DNA of 32,000 nt from Candidatus Saccharimonadota bacterium (GCA_963716945.1 OY970322.1:510001-542000); one strand, 5' to 3'. Shown: positions 15,229-24,256, counted from the first letter of the stretch. Translations and numbers: made by a program. The notes: a model not told the origin generated them from the letters alone.

Positions 15229-17535
15229 TTATTTCTTAGTTTTCTTGGCGGTCCGCTTGCGGCCGCGGAAACCGCGCTTCTTAGCCGGCGCGGCAGCCAG
15301 AATGGCTTTCGCTTCCGCCTCTGTTAATTTCGCCGGATCCTGATCTTTCGATATACGGGCGTTCTTCTTGCCATCGGTGACGTAGGGCCCGTAAGGGCCG
15401 TTGAGGACTTTGATCCCTCCGGCAAACTCCTTAATGTTCTTGGCGGCGTCTTTGGCCAGTTTGGCTTCATATAGCTCGCGGGCTTCGGCTTCGGTGATAG
15501 TCTGCGGGTCGAGCGGTTTTATTGACACGAATGTCTTGTCAACCTGAACATACGGGCCGAACCGGCCGATATTAGCCTTGATTTCCTGGCCGTCCGCCGT
15601 CTTGCCGACCAGTCTGGGGAGTTTGAACATTTCCAGCGCCTGCTCCAAGGTTACGGTATCGATCGTGGTGTTCTTGGGCATCGGTGCAAAAGCCGGCTTC
15701 TTGGTTTCGTCGGCGACGTCACCGCGCTGCAGCATCGGTCCGTAGCGCCCGAAACGAGCCAGAATCGGTTCGCCGGACTTGGGGTCGACACCTAATTCCC
15801 GGGCCTGCGAGACCTCTTGCCGCGAAATGTCAGCCGATTGTTCTATCAGGGGGTGGAAGCTCTTGTAGAAGCCGCCTATCATTGCCTGCCAGGCCTGCTT
15901 GCCGGCTGCGATATTGTCGAAATCGGCCTCGACCCGGGCCGTGAAGTCGTAATCAACGATGCTCGGGAAATATTTGACCAGGAAATCGGTTACCACCTCG
16001 GCTATAGGGGTCGGGATGAGCTTATTACGGTCGGCACCGGTGACGGCCGTGGCCGTGTGGCTGGTTACCTTGCCCTGCTCCAGTTTGAGTTCCGTGACTT
16101 CGCGCTCGGTACCTTCAAGATCAGTTTTTTCGATGTAGCCGCGGGTTTGGATGGTCGAAATCGTCGGTGCGTAGGTGCTGGGGCGGCCGATGCCAAGCTC
16201 CTCCAGCTTTTTGACCAGCGCGGCTTCGGAGTAGCGGGCCGGCGGCCGGCTGTAGGTTTGGGTAGCGGTTATAGTCTGGGCTTCGAGTGCTTGGCCGGTT
16301 TTCAGCGGCGGCAGCAGGACATCGTCCTTGCCGCCGCCATAGACTTTCATGAAGCCGTCAAAGCGTAGTATTTCGCCTTTGGCTATGAAAACTTCCGGCT
16401 GAGTGCTGACGCTGATCTTGACTTCAGTGCGTTCCAGCTTGGCCGGGCTCATTTGGCTGGCCAAGGCCCTCTGCCAGATGAGTTGGTAGAGCTTCTTCTG
16501 CTGCTCGTCGCCGCCGGCGGTGGTTTTGCCAAAGTCGGTCGGCCGGATTGCCTCGTGGGCTTCTTGGGCGCTGGTGTTTTTCGTCTTGTATTGCCGCACC
16601 TGGTGATATTCGTTGCCGTAAGCGGCCTTGATGTGCTTCGCGGCCGCAGCTATGGCTTGGCCGGACAGAATCGTGCTGTCGGTACGCATGTAAGTTATAT
16701 GGCCGGCTTCGTAAAGGCGTTGGGCCAGTGTCATCGTCTGGCGGACACTGAAACCCAGCCGGCGGCTGGCTTCCTGCTGCAAAGTACTAGTGGTGAACGG
16801 CGCGCCGGGACTGCGGCTGCCCGGCTTCTGTTCGATGTCGCTGATGGCGTAAGTAGCGCCGATAACTTGCTCGAGCCACTTTTGGGCGGCAGCGGCGTCG
16901 GGCAGCTTGACGTTTAATTCGGCCGGTACTTCCTGGCCGTCAGCCAGAAAGACAGCCGTGACTTTGAACGAGCTGGCAGCTTCAAAACCCCGGATTTCCC
17001 TTTCGCGCTCTACGATCAGCCTAACGGCGACGGATTGGACCCGGCCGGCGCTGAGACCGGTCCGGACCTTCTTCCACAGTACGGGTGATAATTCGTAGCC
17101 GACCAGCCGGTCCAGGACCCGCCTGGCCTGTTGGGCGTCGACCAGCTTGATATCGACAGTGCGCGGCTGTTTGATGGCGGCCTCGATAGCCGGCTTGGTA
17201 ATTTCATGGAAGACGATGCGCTTGGTCGTTGCCGGATCAAGCTTAAGGGCGTGCGTCAAATGCCAAGCGATTGCCTCGCCTTCCCGGTCTTCATCGCTGG
17301 CCAGCCAGACTTCGCTGCCGGCGGCGGCTTTTTTCAGTTCGTTGACGACTTTTTTCTTGTCGGCACTAATCTCGTATTTAGGGGCGAAATCATGCTCCAA
17401 GTCGATGTTCAGGCCCTTTTTGGGCAAATCACGGATATGGCCGAAACTGCTCCGGACAACATAATCCTTGCCCAGGAATTTCTCGATGGTCTTGGCCTTG
17501 GCCGGACTCTCTACGATAACTAAATTTTTCGCCAT
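15229..17535 (-). CDS. topA: DNA topoisomerase I
   Basis: Start at MAKNLVIVESPAKAKTIEKFLG (GGAG 7 nt upstream); the track start 17574 is upstream of this. Toprim, active-site region HITYMRTDS, zinc-free C-terminal repeats (GRYGPM, GRFGPYV, GPYGPYV) and a Lys-rich tail. Confidence 0.95.
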   Translation of the reverse strand: MAKNLVIVESPAKAKTIEKFLGKDYVVRSSFGHIRDLPKKGLNIDLEHDFAPKYEISADKKKVVNELKKAAAGSEVWLASDEDREGEAIAWHLTHALKLDPATTKRIVFHEITKPAIEAAIKQPRTVDIKLVDAQQARRVLDRLVGYELSPVLWKKVRTGLSAGRVQSVAVRLIVEREREIRGFEAASSFKVTAVFLADGQEVPAELNVKLPDAAAAQKWLEQVIGATYAISDIEQKPGSRSPGAPFTTSTLQQEASRRLGFSVRQTMTLAQRLYEAGHITYMRTDSTILSGQAIAAAAKHIKAAYGNEYHQVRQYKTKNTSAQEAHEAIRPTDFGKTTAGGDEQQKKLYQLIWQRALASQMSPAKLERTEVKISVSTQPEVFIAKGEILRFDGFMKVYGGGKDDVLLPPLKTGQALEAQTITATQTYSRPPARYSEAALVKKLEELGIGRPSTYAPTISTIQTRGYIEKTDLEGTEREVTELKLEQGKVTSHTATAVTGADRNKLIPTPIAEVVTDFLVKYFPSIVDYDFTARVEADFDNIAAGKQAWQAMIGGFYKSFHPLIEQSADISRQEVSQARELGVDPKSGEPILARFGRYGPMLQRGDVADETKKPAFAPMPKNTTIDTVTLEQALEMFKLPRLVGKTADGQEIKANIGRFGPYVQVDKTFVSIKPLDPQTITEAEARELYEAKLAKDAAKNIKEFAGGIKVLNGPYGPYVTDGKKNARISKDQDPAKLTEAEAKAILAAAPAKKRGFRGRKRTAKKTKK

Positions 17536-17607
17536 AACGTACTCCATGTAAGCGCACTTAAGCTTAGAATGCAAACTATATATAAGAATAAGCCGCCGAA
17601 GCGGCCG

Positions 17608-17784
17608 CTAAAAGCCGAAATACTGGCCGGCTTTGAAGCCGCCCCAGATGCCGCCGAAGGAGCCGATAGTGCTTAGTAACAGGCTCCAGCCGCCAAACCA
17701 ATTACCGTGGTCAAGCAGGGCGGCACCCAGCCAGCCGCCGATGGTGCCGCCGATGGTGATGCCGATAAGGATTATCAGTTTCAT
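17608..17784 (-). CDS. 58-aa glycine-zipper small membrane protein (GlsB/YeaQ/YmgE-like); below the ORF-track length cut-off
   Basis: MKLIILIGITIGGTIGGWLGAALLDHGNWFGGWSLLLSTIGSFGGIWGGFKAGQYFGF. It starts 23 nt after the dprA stop. The stop overlaps a GCCGC-UUCG-GCGGC hairpin followed by a U-rich tract. Confidence 0.5.
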   Translation of the reverse strand: MKLIILIGITIGGTIGGWLGAALLDHGNWFGGWSLLLSTIGSFGGIWGGFKAGQYFGF

Positions 17785-17807
17785 ATTTCCAGTGTAACAC
17801 CCGCGGT

Positions 17808-18671
17808 CTAATATAGGGCCCAGCGGTTGGCTCCTAGGGGCCGGATTTTGCCGCCGACTTCGAGCATGGTCAGGGCCTGGTTAAATTCGCTGGCCGATAG
17901 CCGGCTGCCATCCAGCAATTGGTCGCCCCCCGTAACGCCAAGCAGCATCAGGTCTAGGACGGCTTGCTCGTGCGCGTTACGGCCTTTTACCTCGCGAACC
18001 GGCGTTTGGTGGGGCTGGACGCCTAAGGCGTGCAGGACGTCCAAGTAGGATGTGGCCGGCGCGGCACCGGCTTTGATCAGGTTGTTGGTACCGGCCGAAC
18101 CGGGGCTGAAGATACTGCCGGGTACCGCCAAGACCTCGCGGCCCTGCTGGAGGGCGAAGTTGGCGGTGTGCAGGCTGCCGCTTTTCTCGGCCGCCTCGGT
18201 TATTAGCACTGCCTGGGCCAGGCCTGACATCAGCCGGTTGCGGGCTATGAAGTTCTGCTTATAGGCACGCGTGCCGGACTCATATTCGCTGACTAAAGCT
18301 CCGCCCTGTTCCAATATGGCGTTTGCGAGCCGGCCGTTGGTGGCCGGCACTATCCTATCCAGCGGTCCCGGCAACACGGCTATGGCCGCGCCGCCGGCTT
18401 TCAGAGCAGCCCGGTGGGCCAGACAATCAACGCCTAAGGCCAGGCCGCTGACTATGACTATGCCCTGCTCCGCCAGCTCGCCGGCCAGCCGCGTGGTAGC
18501 CTGCCGGCCGTAGGCGGAAACGCTGCGGCTGCCGACAATCGCCACCCGCGGGCGTTTCATTAATCCATTTAGTGGAGCGCCGAGCTGGAATAAGGTTTGC
18601 GGCGGGCTGGGAATATCTCTTAGCACCCCTGGAAAATCGCTGGAGCTAAGCGTTAGCTTCTTGATATTCAT
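17808..18671 (-). CDS. dprA: DNA processing protein DprA (Smf)
   Basis: Rossmann-like DprA core: VAIVGSRSVSAYG, IVSGLALGVDCLAHRAAL, FIARNRLMSGL, SGSLHTANFALQQGREVLAVPG. Confidence 0.9.
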   Translation of the reverse strand: MNIKKLTLSSSDFPGVLRDIPSPPQTLFQLGAPLNGLMKRPRVAIVGSRSVSAYGRQATTRLAGELAEQGIVIVSGLALGVDCLAHRAALKAGGAAIAVLPGPLDRIVPATNGRLANAILEQGGALVSEYESGTRAYKQNFIARNRLMSGLAQAVLITEAAEKSGSLHTANFALQQGREVLAVPGSIFSPGSAGTNNLIKAGAAPATSYLDVLHALGVQPHQTPVREVKGRNAHEQAVLDLMLLGVTGGDQLLDGSRLSASEFNQALTMLEVGGKIRPLGANRWALY

Positions 18672-18690
18672 ATTAAAATGTTTTAAAGTA

Positions 18691-18719
18691 TTGACATAAT
18701 GAAATAGATTTGCTAAAAT
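18691..18719 (+). promoter_or_regulatory. Near-consensus sigma70 promoter TTGACA-N17-TAAAAT, divergent from dprA
   Basis: TTGACA at 18691-18696, a 17-nt spacer, then TAAAAT at 18714-18719. Confidence 0.7.
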
Positions 18720-18725
18720 AGCAAC

Positions 18726-19127
18726 TTATGATTCCTAAGTAATAGGAATTCGCACCTTTTACCCCCATTCTAACGCCTCTGGCGCTGAGACGTAATCTGA
18801 TTTAATCATTTTTTAATCCCAGTTAGCCGGAGCGAAATTGTTAGATTGTTTTAGAGCGCGTTAAGAAAAAGTTGTTACCCTCCACTTTATCTTTCACAGC
18901 CGGGTTCGCCTGGCACGCTCTAAAACAAACTAACCCCTTTAACTAGATTCCTTGGGTTGTTTCGACAATCCCGGTGGTCCCCGATTCAAAGCGAGCCTAA
19001 ATGGTAGCGGTTCTTCGGAACGGCTGACACGCATCATTTTTATATCTGGATGTCGATGTTTCGCCGGGGTGGGTTGAAGGGTGTAATGAGCCTCCAGCGG
19101 TGCCCACCCCCTCTGGAGGCTCTTTTT
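18726..19127 (+). ncRNA. Candidate structured non-coding RNA of unknown class (~400 nt)
   Basis: Bounded by the promoter above and an intrinsic terminator; no track ORF (>=60 aa) in any frame. Hairpins at 18731-18749, 18899-18914 (UUCG loop), 18954-18972 (UUCG loop) and 19006-19025 (UUCG loop). Long helix 18840-18858/18916-18934. 19066-19073 is perfectly complementary to 19103-19110. Confidence 0.55.
19088..19127 (+). terminator. Rho-independent terminator
   Basis: GAGCCTCCAG (19088-19097) pairs with CTGGAGGCTC (19113-19122) and is followed by TTTTT (19123-19127). There is no equivalent U-tract on the other strand. Confidence 0.75.
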
Positions 19128-19139
19128 AATTCACCGCGG

Positions 19140-19721
19140 CTAGGAGCTTTTTAAGTACCTGTTAAGCCGGCTGTCGGCTAATTCAACTAAATTAGCTAGC
19201 GGGCTATTGCTGCTCCTAAAGCGAAAATATGGTAGCCTGTGCTCCCGTCTTTGATCATCTTCCGGCCCGATACCCAGCAGTTTTAACCTGGCAACCGCGA
19301 ATTGCACCCTTTCCTTGTGTTTTAGCATGGCTGAATGATTAGACGGTGCCAAGTGCATGTTAACGTTGAAGGCACCTCCCAGTACTTGCGAGAATGTCCA
19401 CTCCGTACGCGGCCCATGGAAGTCGCTAGTGGCGACGTCAATATCCCTGTGGCCGCCCGGGACAAGGTATTTTAATTTCGTTGTATGGGCTCCCTCAATA
19501 GTGTCCCGGGACTCATCCTCGATCAAAGGAACCGGTAGCTCCGGATAATGTTCCACCGCAAAGTCACGCATATTTGACGCGCTTTGTCCTCCTACCATGA
19601 TGACCTGCGAGGCTGGATGGAGAGCAGCCAATCGCATGCCGACATCAATTCGGGCCATGGTGTCCAGATTTGGCTCGCCCACCTCATTACAGCCGCCATT
19701 AAGAATTAAAATCGCACCCAT
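19140..19721 (-). CDS. DUF218 (YdcF/SanA-like) domain protein
   Basis: ILILNGG, VIMVGGQ, IEDESRDTIEGA and VATSDFHGPRT follow the DUF218 pattern. Confidence 0.75.
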   Translation of the reverse strand: MGAILILNGGCNEVGEPNLDTMARIDVGMRLAALHPASQVIMVGGQSASNMRDFAVEHYPELPVPLIEDESRDTIEGAHTTKLKYLVPGGHRDIDVATSDFHGPRTEWTFSQVLGGAFNVNMHLAPSNHSAMLKHKERVQFAVARLKLLGIGPEDDQRREHRLPYFRFRSSNSPLANLVELADSRLNRYLKSS

Positions 19722-19778
19722 GTTGCAAGCCCTTCAAAATAAGAGTCAATTGTATACTCTAGTTTGAGTTTTGCAAAA

Positions 19779-20420
19779 CTAGACCAGGAAGCTGCGGGTA
19801 TCGTGCGGCAGTTCGGCGCCGTAGATGTACTCGCTTAGGATGGCGTTGACTTCACGGGTCAGGTTCGACAGCTGGGACTGCTCCTCATCCGCAAATTTCT
19901 GCAGGACGAAATCGGTGCTGTCGATTTTGGCCGGTTTCTTGGGGCCGACACCGATCCGGATGCGGCCATAGCCTTCCCCGATGTGCTGCGTCACGGATTT
20001 GATGCCGTTATGGCCGGCACTGCTGCCGCCGACCCGCAATCTGATCTGCCCGAAATCAATGTCCAGCTCGTCGTGAATTACGGCGATATGTTCAGGGCTG
20101 ATCTTGTAAAAATCGACTACCGCCCTCACCGCCTCGCCGCTGAGGTTCATGAAAGTCGTCGGCTTCATGGCGATGACGCGGGTTTCGCCCATACGGCCGC
20201 CGCTCATCAGGCACTTCAGGCTTTTCTTCTCCAGCCAGTCTTCCATCTCGTCGCTCCGGCTGACGAAGCTGTCAATACACAGGAAACCGACATTATGCCG
20301 CGTCAGGTCATATTGCTTGCCTGGGTTGCCGAGTCCGACCAGCAGGACGGTTTTGTTGAGGCCGACGGTATAGAACATGGTCGGGTTGCTGACTTGCGGC
20401 CGTTTCTGGAGCCAAGCCAT
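19779..20420 (-). CDS. pth: Peptidyl-tRNA hydrolase
   Basis: LLVGLGNPGKQYDLTRHNVGF, HDELD and GGSSAGHNGIKS motifs. Start chosen at MAWLQ (AAGGAAG 9 nt upstream, 1 nt after the der stop). ATG 20378 (MFYTV) is an alternative. Confidence 0.85.
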   Translation of the reverse strand: MAWLQKRPQVSNPTMFYTVGLNKTVLLVGLGNPGKQYDLTRHNVGFLCIDSFVSRSDEMEDWLEKKSLKCLMSGGRMGETRVIAMKPTTFMNLSGEAVRAVVDFYKISPEHIAVIHDELDIDFGQIRLRVGGSSAGHNGIKSVTQHIGEGYGRIRIGVGPKKPAKIDSTDFVLQKFADEEQSQLSNLTREVNAILSEYIYGAELPHDTRSFLV

Positions 20421-20421
20421 G

Positions 20422-21786
20422 CTAAGCGGCTTCCTTGCTGAAAGTCGGGCTGGCCCCATGCTTGTGGGTGGCATGTTTTTCGATAAACCAGAGCTGGACC
20501 GGCGTACCCTCGTAGCCGTAAGCCTTGCGCAGGCGGGTTTCGAGGTAACGTCGGTAACTCCAGTGGACGAAACGGGTGTGGCTGCCGAAAATTTTGAAAG
20601 CCGGCGTCGGGTTGTCGGTCTCCTGCACCATGTAATTAAGCTTCGGGCTGCGGTTCTTGAGGCCGGCCGGCGGGTGGCTGTCGACGGCTTCGCGAAGCCA
20701 TTTATTGAGTCCGCTGGTGGCGATGCGCTTGTGCCGCTGGCTGTCGATATCGAGGGCCAAGTCGAAGATCTTGGTGACGTTCTGGCCGCTGACGGAACTG
20801 GTAAAAATAAGCGGTGCCCAAGGCACGAAGTCGAAGTTAGCGGCAATCTTCGGGGCTAGGGCGTCCCGGGTAAAAGCGTCTTTGTCCTCCACGGAATCCC
20901 ATTTGCTGACGACCAGGACCAGTCCCTTGCCGGCGTCTTTGACCATGCCGGCGATTTTTTGGTCAAGCTGGACGTTTAGTTCGTTGACGTCCATCAATAC
21001 CAGGCAGACATCAGCCTCTTCGATAGCCGCTAGGGCCCGGATAACGCTGAAGCGCTCGATGCCGACGGCGATTTTGCCGGACCGCCGGATGCCGGCGGTA
21101 TCCAGCAGCTCGACTTCGCGGCCCTTGTAGCGCACTACGCTGCGGTTGACGTCGCGCGTAGTGCCGGCCCGGTCGGCGACTACGGCTTGCTGCTTCTTGC
21201 TGAGGGTGTTAAAAAGCTGCGACTTGCCGACGTTCGGCCGGCCGACAATGGCGATTCGCAAGCGGTCGTCATCGGCTTGCTCGGTGGCTTTGGGAATGAT
21301 TCCTATCAGCGTGTCCAGGAGCTGCTCAATGCCCTTCTGCTGGGTCGTGCTGGTGCGCAGGATCGGTTTGATGCCGAGACGGTCAAAACCGCTCAAATCG
21401 GCCCCCTTGGCCTTATCAAGCTTATTAATGACCAGGAAGACCGGTTTGCGGCTCTTGAGCGCCATTTTGGCTACCCGGCGGTCCTCTTCGGTGATTGGGA
21501 CGTCGGCTTCTACGACTACCCAGATGACATCGGCGCTGTCAGCGGCCTGGGTTATCTGTTCCTGGATGGTAAATTCGAATTCGTCTTCCGGGTCCTTGAT
21601 GCCGGCGGTGTCGACCAGCCAGAAATGCTGGCCCTTGTATTCGGCTTTGGCCATGATGCTGTCACGGGTCGTTCCCGCTTCGCGGGCAACAATCGTTTCA
21701 CGCCGGTCCAAGACCGAATTGAACAGGCTGGACTTGCCGACATTAGTCCGGCCGACGATCGCCACGATTGGTAATTTTTTGCTCAC
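20422..21786 (-). CDS. der: Ribosome-associated GTPase Der (EngA)
   Basis: Two tandem G domains (GRTNVGKSSLFN and GRPNVGKSQLFN, DTAG x2, NKLD/SKWD) plus a KH-like C-terminus. GTG start. Confidence 0.95.
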   Translation of the reverse strand: MSKKLPIVAIVGRTNVGKSSLFNSVLDRRETIVAREAGTTRDSIMAKAEYKGQHFWLVDTAGIKDPEDEFEFTIQEQITQAADSADVIWVVVEADVPITEEDRRVAKMALKSRKPVFLVINKLDKAKGADLSGFDRLGIKPILRTSTTQQKGIEQLLDTLIGIIPKATEQADDDRLRIAIVGRPNVGKSQLFNTLSKKQQAVVADRAGTTRDVNRSVVRYKGREVELLDTAGIRRSGKIAVGIERFSVIRALAAIEEADVCLVLMDVNELNVQLDQKIAGMVKDAGKGLVLVVSKWDSVEDKDAFTRDALAPKIAANFDFVPWAPLIFTSSVSGQNVTKIFDLALDIDSQRHKRIATSGLNKWLREAVDSHPPAGLKNRSPKLNYMVQETDNPTPAFKIFGSHTRFVHWSYRRYLETRLRKAYGYEGTPVQLWFIEKHATHKHGASPTFSKEAA

Positions 21787-21794
21787 TATGGTCT

Positions 21795-21803
21795 ATTATA
21801 ACA
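21795..21803 (-). promoter_or_regulatory. Extended -10 promoter TGtTATAAT, 8 nt before the der GTG
   Basis: The minus strand reads TGTTATAAT (21803-21795); the start codon is at 21786. Confidence 0.5.
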
Positions 21804-21858
21804 GATTAAAGGCAGCTTATGGCCGCCTCTGCGGCATGCGGGCCCTACATAAGCTTTT

Positions 21859-21867
21859 TGCTATAAT
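21859..21867 (+). promoter_or_regulatory. Extended -10 promoter TGcTATAAT for the histidine kinase gene
   Basis: TG at 21859-21860 and TATAAT at 21862-21867; ATG at 21897. Confidence 0.55.
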
Positions 21868-21896
21868 CTTGGGTGAGGCCCGCCTAAGCCAAAACC

Positions 21897-23561
21897 ATGC
21901 CAAAACCCGAAGAACTAATCCAGCCCAAGCTAGCCCATTACCTGATGGCCACCTGGTATGCCCGTTGGATTATTATAGCTATCGTCGCTGCCAGTTTTTT
22001 GTTTCTGCCGGGTATAGAGACCGGTTTGGTGGCGGCCCTGGTAGTGATCGCGACGGTTTATAACGCCTTGCTGTGGGTGGGATATAAGGCCGGGCTGGGC
22101 TTCGTCGCCAACCACGTGCTGACCATTGTGGTAGACAGTATCCTGACGATAATTCTGGCGGCTTGTACGGGCGGGGCCGGCAGCCCTTACCTGGCGATCC
22201 TGGTTTTGATTATAGTTTCCGGTTCTTACTGGTACGGTTCGGTGACAGCCGTTGTCATCGGCTTGTTGCAGCTGGGGGCCATTGGCGGCGTTGACTGGTT
22301 CCACGGCCGTCAGCTGCTGCCCAAGACATTTATCACCCAGATGGCGATATTGATGACACTGGGGGTCTATGTAGCCTGGCTTAGCCAATCCGAACGTTCG
22401 GAACGCTCCGAGCTGATAAGCCTGGGTACTAAATCCGAGAAAGAGCGCCAGCAGCTCCTGGCTTTGATCAATAATATGCGTGATGCCGTGCTAGTGGTTG
22501 ATGATAATGAAAATATAATTATATATAACGAAGCCGCGGCCGCGCTGGCCGGTAAGGACGAGCCGTTGCACGGACGTTCGGTCAATGACTCGATACGTTT
22601 CGTCGATAATGACGAACGGCCGGCCGGGTTGAAGGTGAAGCATACCGAGACCGCCTTCGAGAGAAAAGATTTGCGCCTGCGGGCGCCCGATAACAGCCTG
22701 GTCAATGTGTCGGTCAGCGTGGCCCCCTACATCGTCGGCCGGCGCAGCAGCGGCCATGTCCTGATAATCCGCGATGTCAGCCAGGACAAGACGATTGACC
22801 AAGAGCGCGAAGAATTTATCGCCGTGGCCTCACACGAGCTAAGGACGCCGCTGACTATCGCCCAGAGCGAAGTATCAACGCTGCTGACTCCGCCTTACCT
22901 GCCGGATAACCAGGAGTCCGTCAGCATGCTTAATAGCACCATGCGCAGTCTGAAGCAGCTGTCGCATATTATTAAGGACCTGACTAACCTCTCGCAGGTC
23001 GAGAGCGAGAAGCTGGAAGTTGACCTGGAGCCCCTGAAACCCGGCGAGTTGCTCCGGGAATTCCAGTCGGATTACGAAGACCAGGCTAAGGCCAAGGGCC
23101 TGGAACTGCACGTCAAGGTTGATCCGGATCTTAGTCCGGCAACCGTCCTGACCAGCCGCTACGTAGTCCGCGAGATCCTATCGGTTTTTGTAACTAATGC
23201 CATCAAGTTCACCGACAATGGTTCGGTTACGCTGTCAGCCGTCAGCCCCGATGACGGTTCCCGCGGCGTGACTTTTGTGGTTACCGACACCGGCTCCGGC
23301 ATTGCCCAGTCGGACCAGAATAAGATATTTGAAAAATTTTTTCAGTCCGAAGAATACACTACCCGCGTCCACGGCGGTACCGGCTTGGGGCTCTATATCG
23401 CCAAGCAGCTGGCGGCGAGGATTACGGCCCGCGTGTGGTTTGAAACCGAATTGGGCAAAGGCAGCAGTTTTTACATCTGGGTGCCGCCTTATAGTAAGGA
23501 TAAGAAAGACCGCAGCAAGGTCGCGGCCGCCGAAACCAAAGATTTCTTCAATACGGTCTAG
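21897..23561 (+). CDS. Membrane sensor histidine kinase (multi-TM, PAS-like, HisKA, HATPase_c)
   Basis: Several N-terminal TM segments. H-box ASHELRTPL. N/G boxes (NAIKFT, DTGSGI, GGTGLGL). Confidence 0.85.
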   Translation: MPKPEELIQPKLAHYLMATWYARWIIIAIVAASFLFLPGIETGLVAALVVIATVYNALLWVGYKAGLGFVANHVLTIVVDSILTIILAACTGGAGSPYLAILVLIIVSGSYWYGSVTAVVIGLLQLGAIGGVDWFHGRQLLPKTFITQMAILMTLGVYVAWLSQSERSERSELISLGTKSEKERQQLLALINNMRDAVLVVDDNENIIIYNEAAAALAGKDEPLHGRSVNDSIRFVDNDERPAGLKVKHTETAFERKDLRLRAPDNSLVNVSVSVAPYIVGRRSSGHVLIIRDVSQDKTIDQEREEFIAVASHELRTPLTIAQSEVSTLLTPPYLPDNQESVSMLNSTMRSLKQLSHIIKDLTNLSQVESEKLEVDLEPLKPGELLREFQSDYEDQAKAKGLELHVKVDPDLSPATVLTSRYVVREILSVFVTNAIKFTDNGSVTLSAVSPDDGSRGVTFVVTDTGSGIAQSDQNKIFEKFFQSEEYTTRVHGGTGLGLYIAKQLAARITARVWFETELGKGSSFYIWVPPYSKDKKDRSKVAAAETKDFFNTV

Positions 23562-23575
23562 CTGCCGTCCGGCTA

Positions 23576-24256
23576 CTACTGGCGCGGTCGCGGCAGCTGG
23601 GCCAGCAGGAAGATAATAAAGAAAATGGTGACGGTCAGGGCCGAAGTCGGCGTATCACTGCCTTTGTCGAAGATGTTGTTGCTGGTGGCCGCCAGACAGA
23701 CGACAATAAAAAACATGCCGCTGGCCATCAGCTTGACCTTGGCCTGGCGGGTGGTTTGAAGCGGTACCTGGCGCAAGAAAAAGTAGCCTAAGGGCATGGC
23801 GATCGTCAGGTATATAATCGATTTCAGCACCAAAACCGGGGTTTTGTCGGTGTAAACGATCAGGTACGGCGACTGGCTGACCGTGACCTTGGAGGTTAGG
23901 ACCTCCCATGTGATTGAAAGTACCGACACCGGTATCGTAAAAGCCAACAGCGTTTTTAGTCTTGCCCGGTTGCGCAGGCCGATGAACCACAATATCCAAA
24001 CCTGTACCTGCATCGACACCTGGACCAGGAAATCGGCTGAAAAATAAGTATAGCGTAAGATATGGGCGTCCTGGGTCAAGAGACCGGGGACGCCGAAAAA
24101 TACCAGGGCCGTCCCGAATGTCGTACCGAGGATGTAATACATCTGGGCCAGCAGGTTCTTGGTCCGGCGGTAACTGCGCCAGCTTTTGAAGCTGAAAGTA
24201 TAGAGCGCTACGGCGCCCACGGTCCACTCTATTGAATTAATCGGCAGGCGAATCAT
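23576..24256 (-). CDS. Hypothetical polytopic membrane protein
   Basis: ~6 hydrophobic segments. Its start overlaps the stop of the upstream pseudouridine synthase gene by 4 nt. Confidence 0.6.
   Translation of the reverse strand: MIRLPINSIEWTVGAVALYTFSFKSWRSYRRTKNLLAQMYYILGTTFGTALVFFGVPGLLTQDAHILRYTYFSADFLVQVSMQVQVWILWFIGLRNRARLKTLLAFTIPVSVLSITWEVLTSKVTVSQSPYLIVYTDKTPVLVLKSIIYLTIAMPLGYFFLRQVPLQTTRQAKVKLMASGMFFIVVCLAATSNNIFDKGSDTPTSALTVTIFFIIFLLAQLPRPRQ

Noticed and set aside
18848-18857. GTTTTAGAGC, identical to the first 10 nt of the type II-A Cas9 repeat / sgRNA scaffold
   Set aside because: No repeat-spacer array and no cas genes are in the window. The string is one arm of a long intramolecular helix (partner at 18916-18934), so the resemblance is likely coincidental.
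18951-18972. tmRNA-like 5' string GGGUUGUUUCGACAAUCCC inside the candidate ncRNA
   Set aside because: The UUCG is better explained as a tetraloop of a local hairpin. I found no T-arm, no acceptor 3' strand with CCA and no plausible tag ORF ending in Ala-Ala, in either standard or permuted order.
20421-20846. N-terminal 142 codons of the 355-aa ORF 19779..20846, which would give a long Pth fusion
   Set aside because: This part overlaps the der coding region in another frame and reads as low-complexity Pro/Ser/Thr/Arg typical of an off-frame GC-rich translation. The Pth homology begins only after der ends, where an ATG with an AAGGAAG RBS is present (20420).
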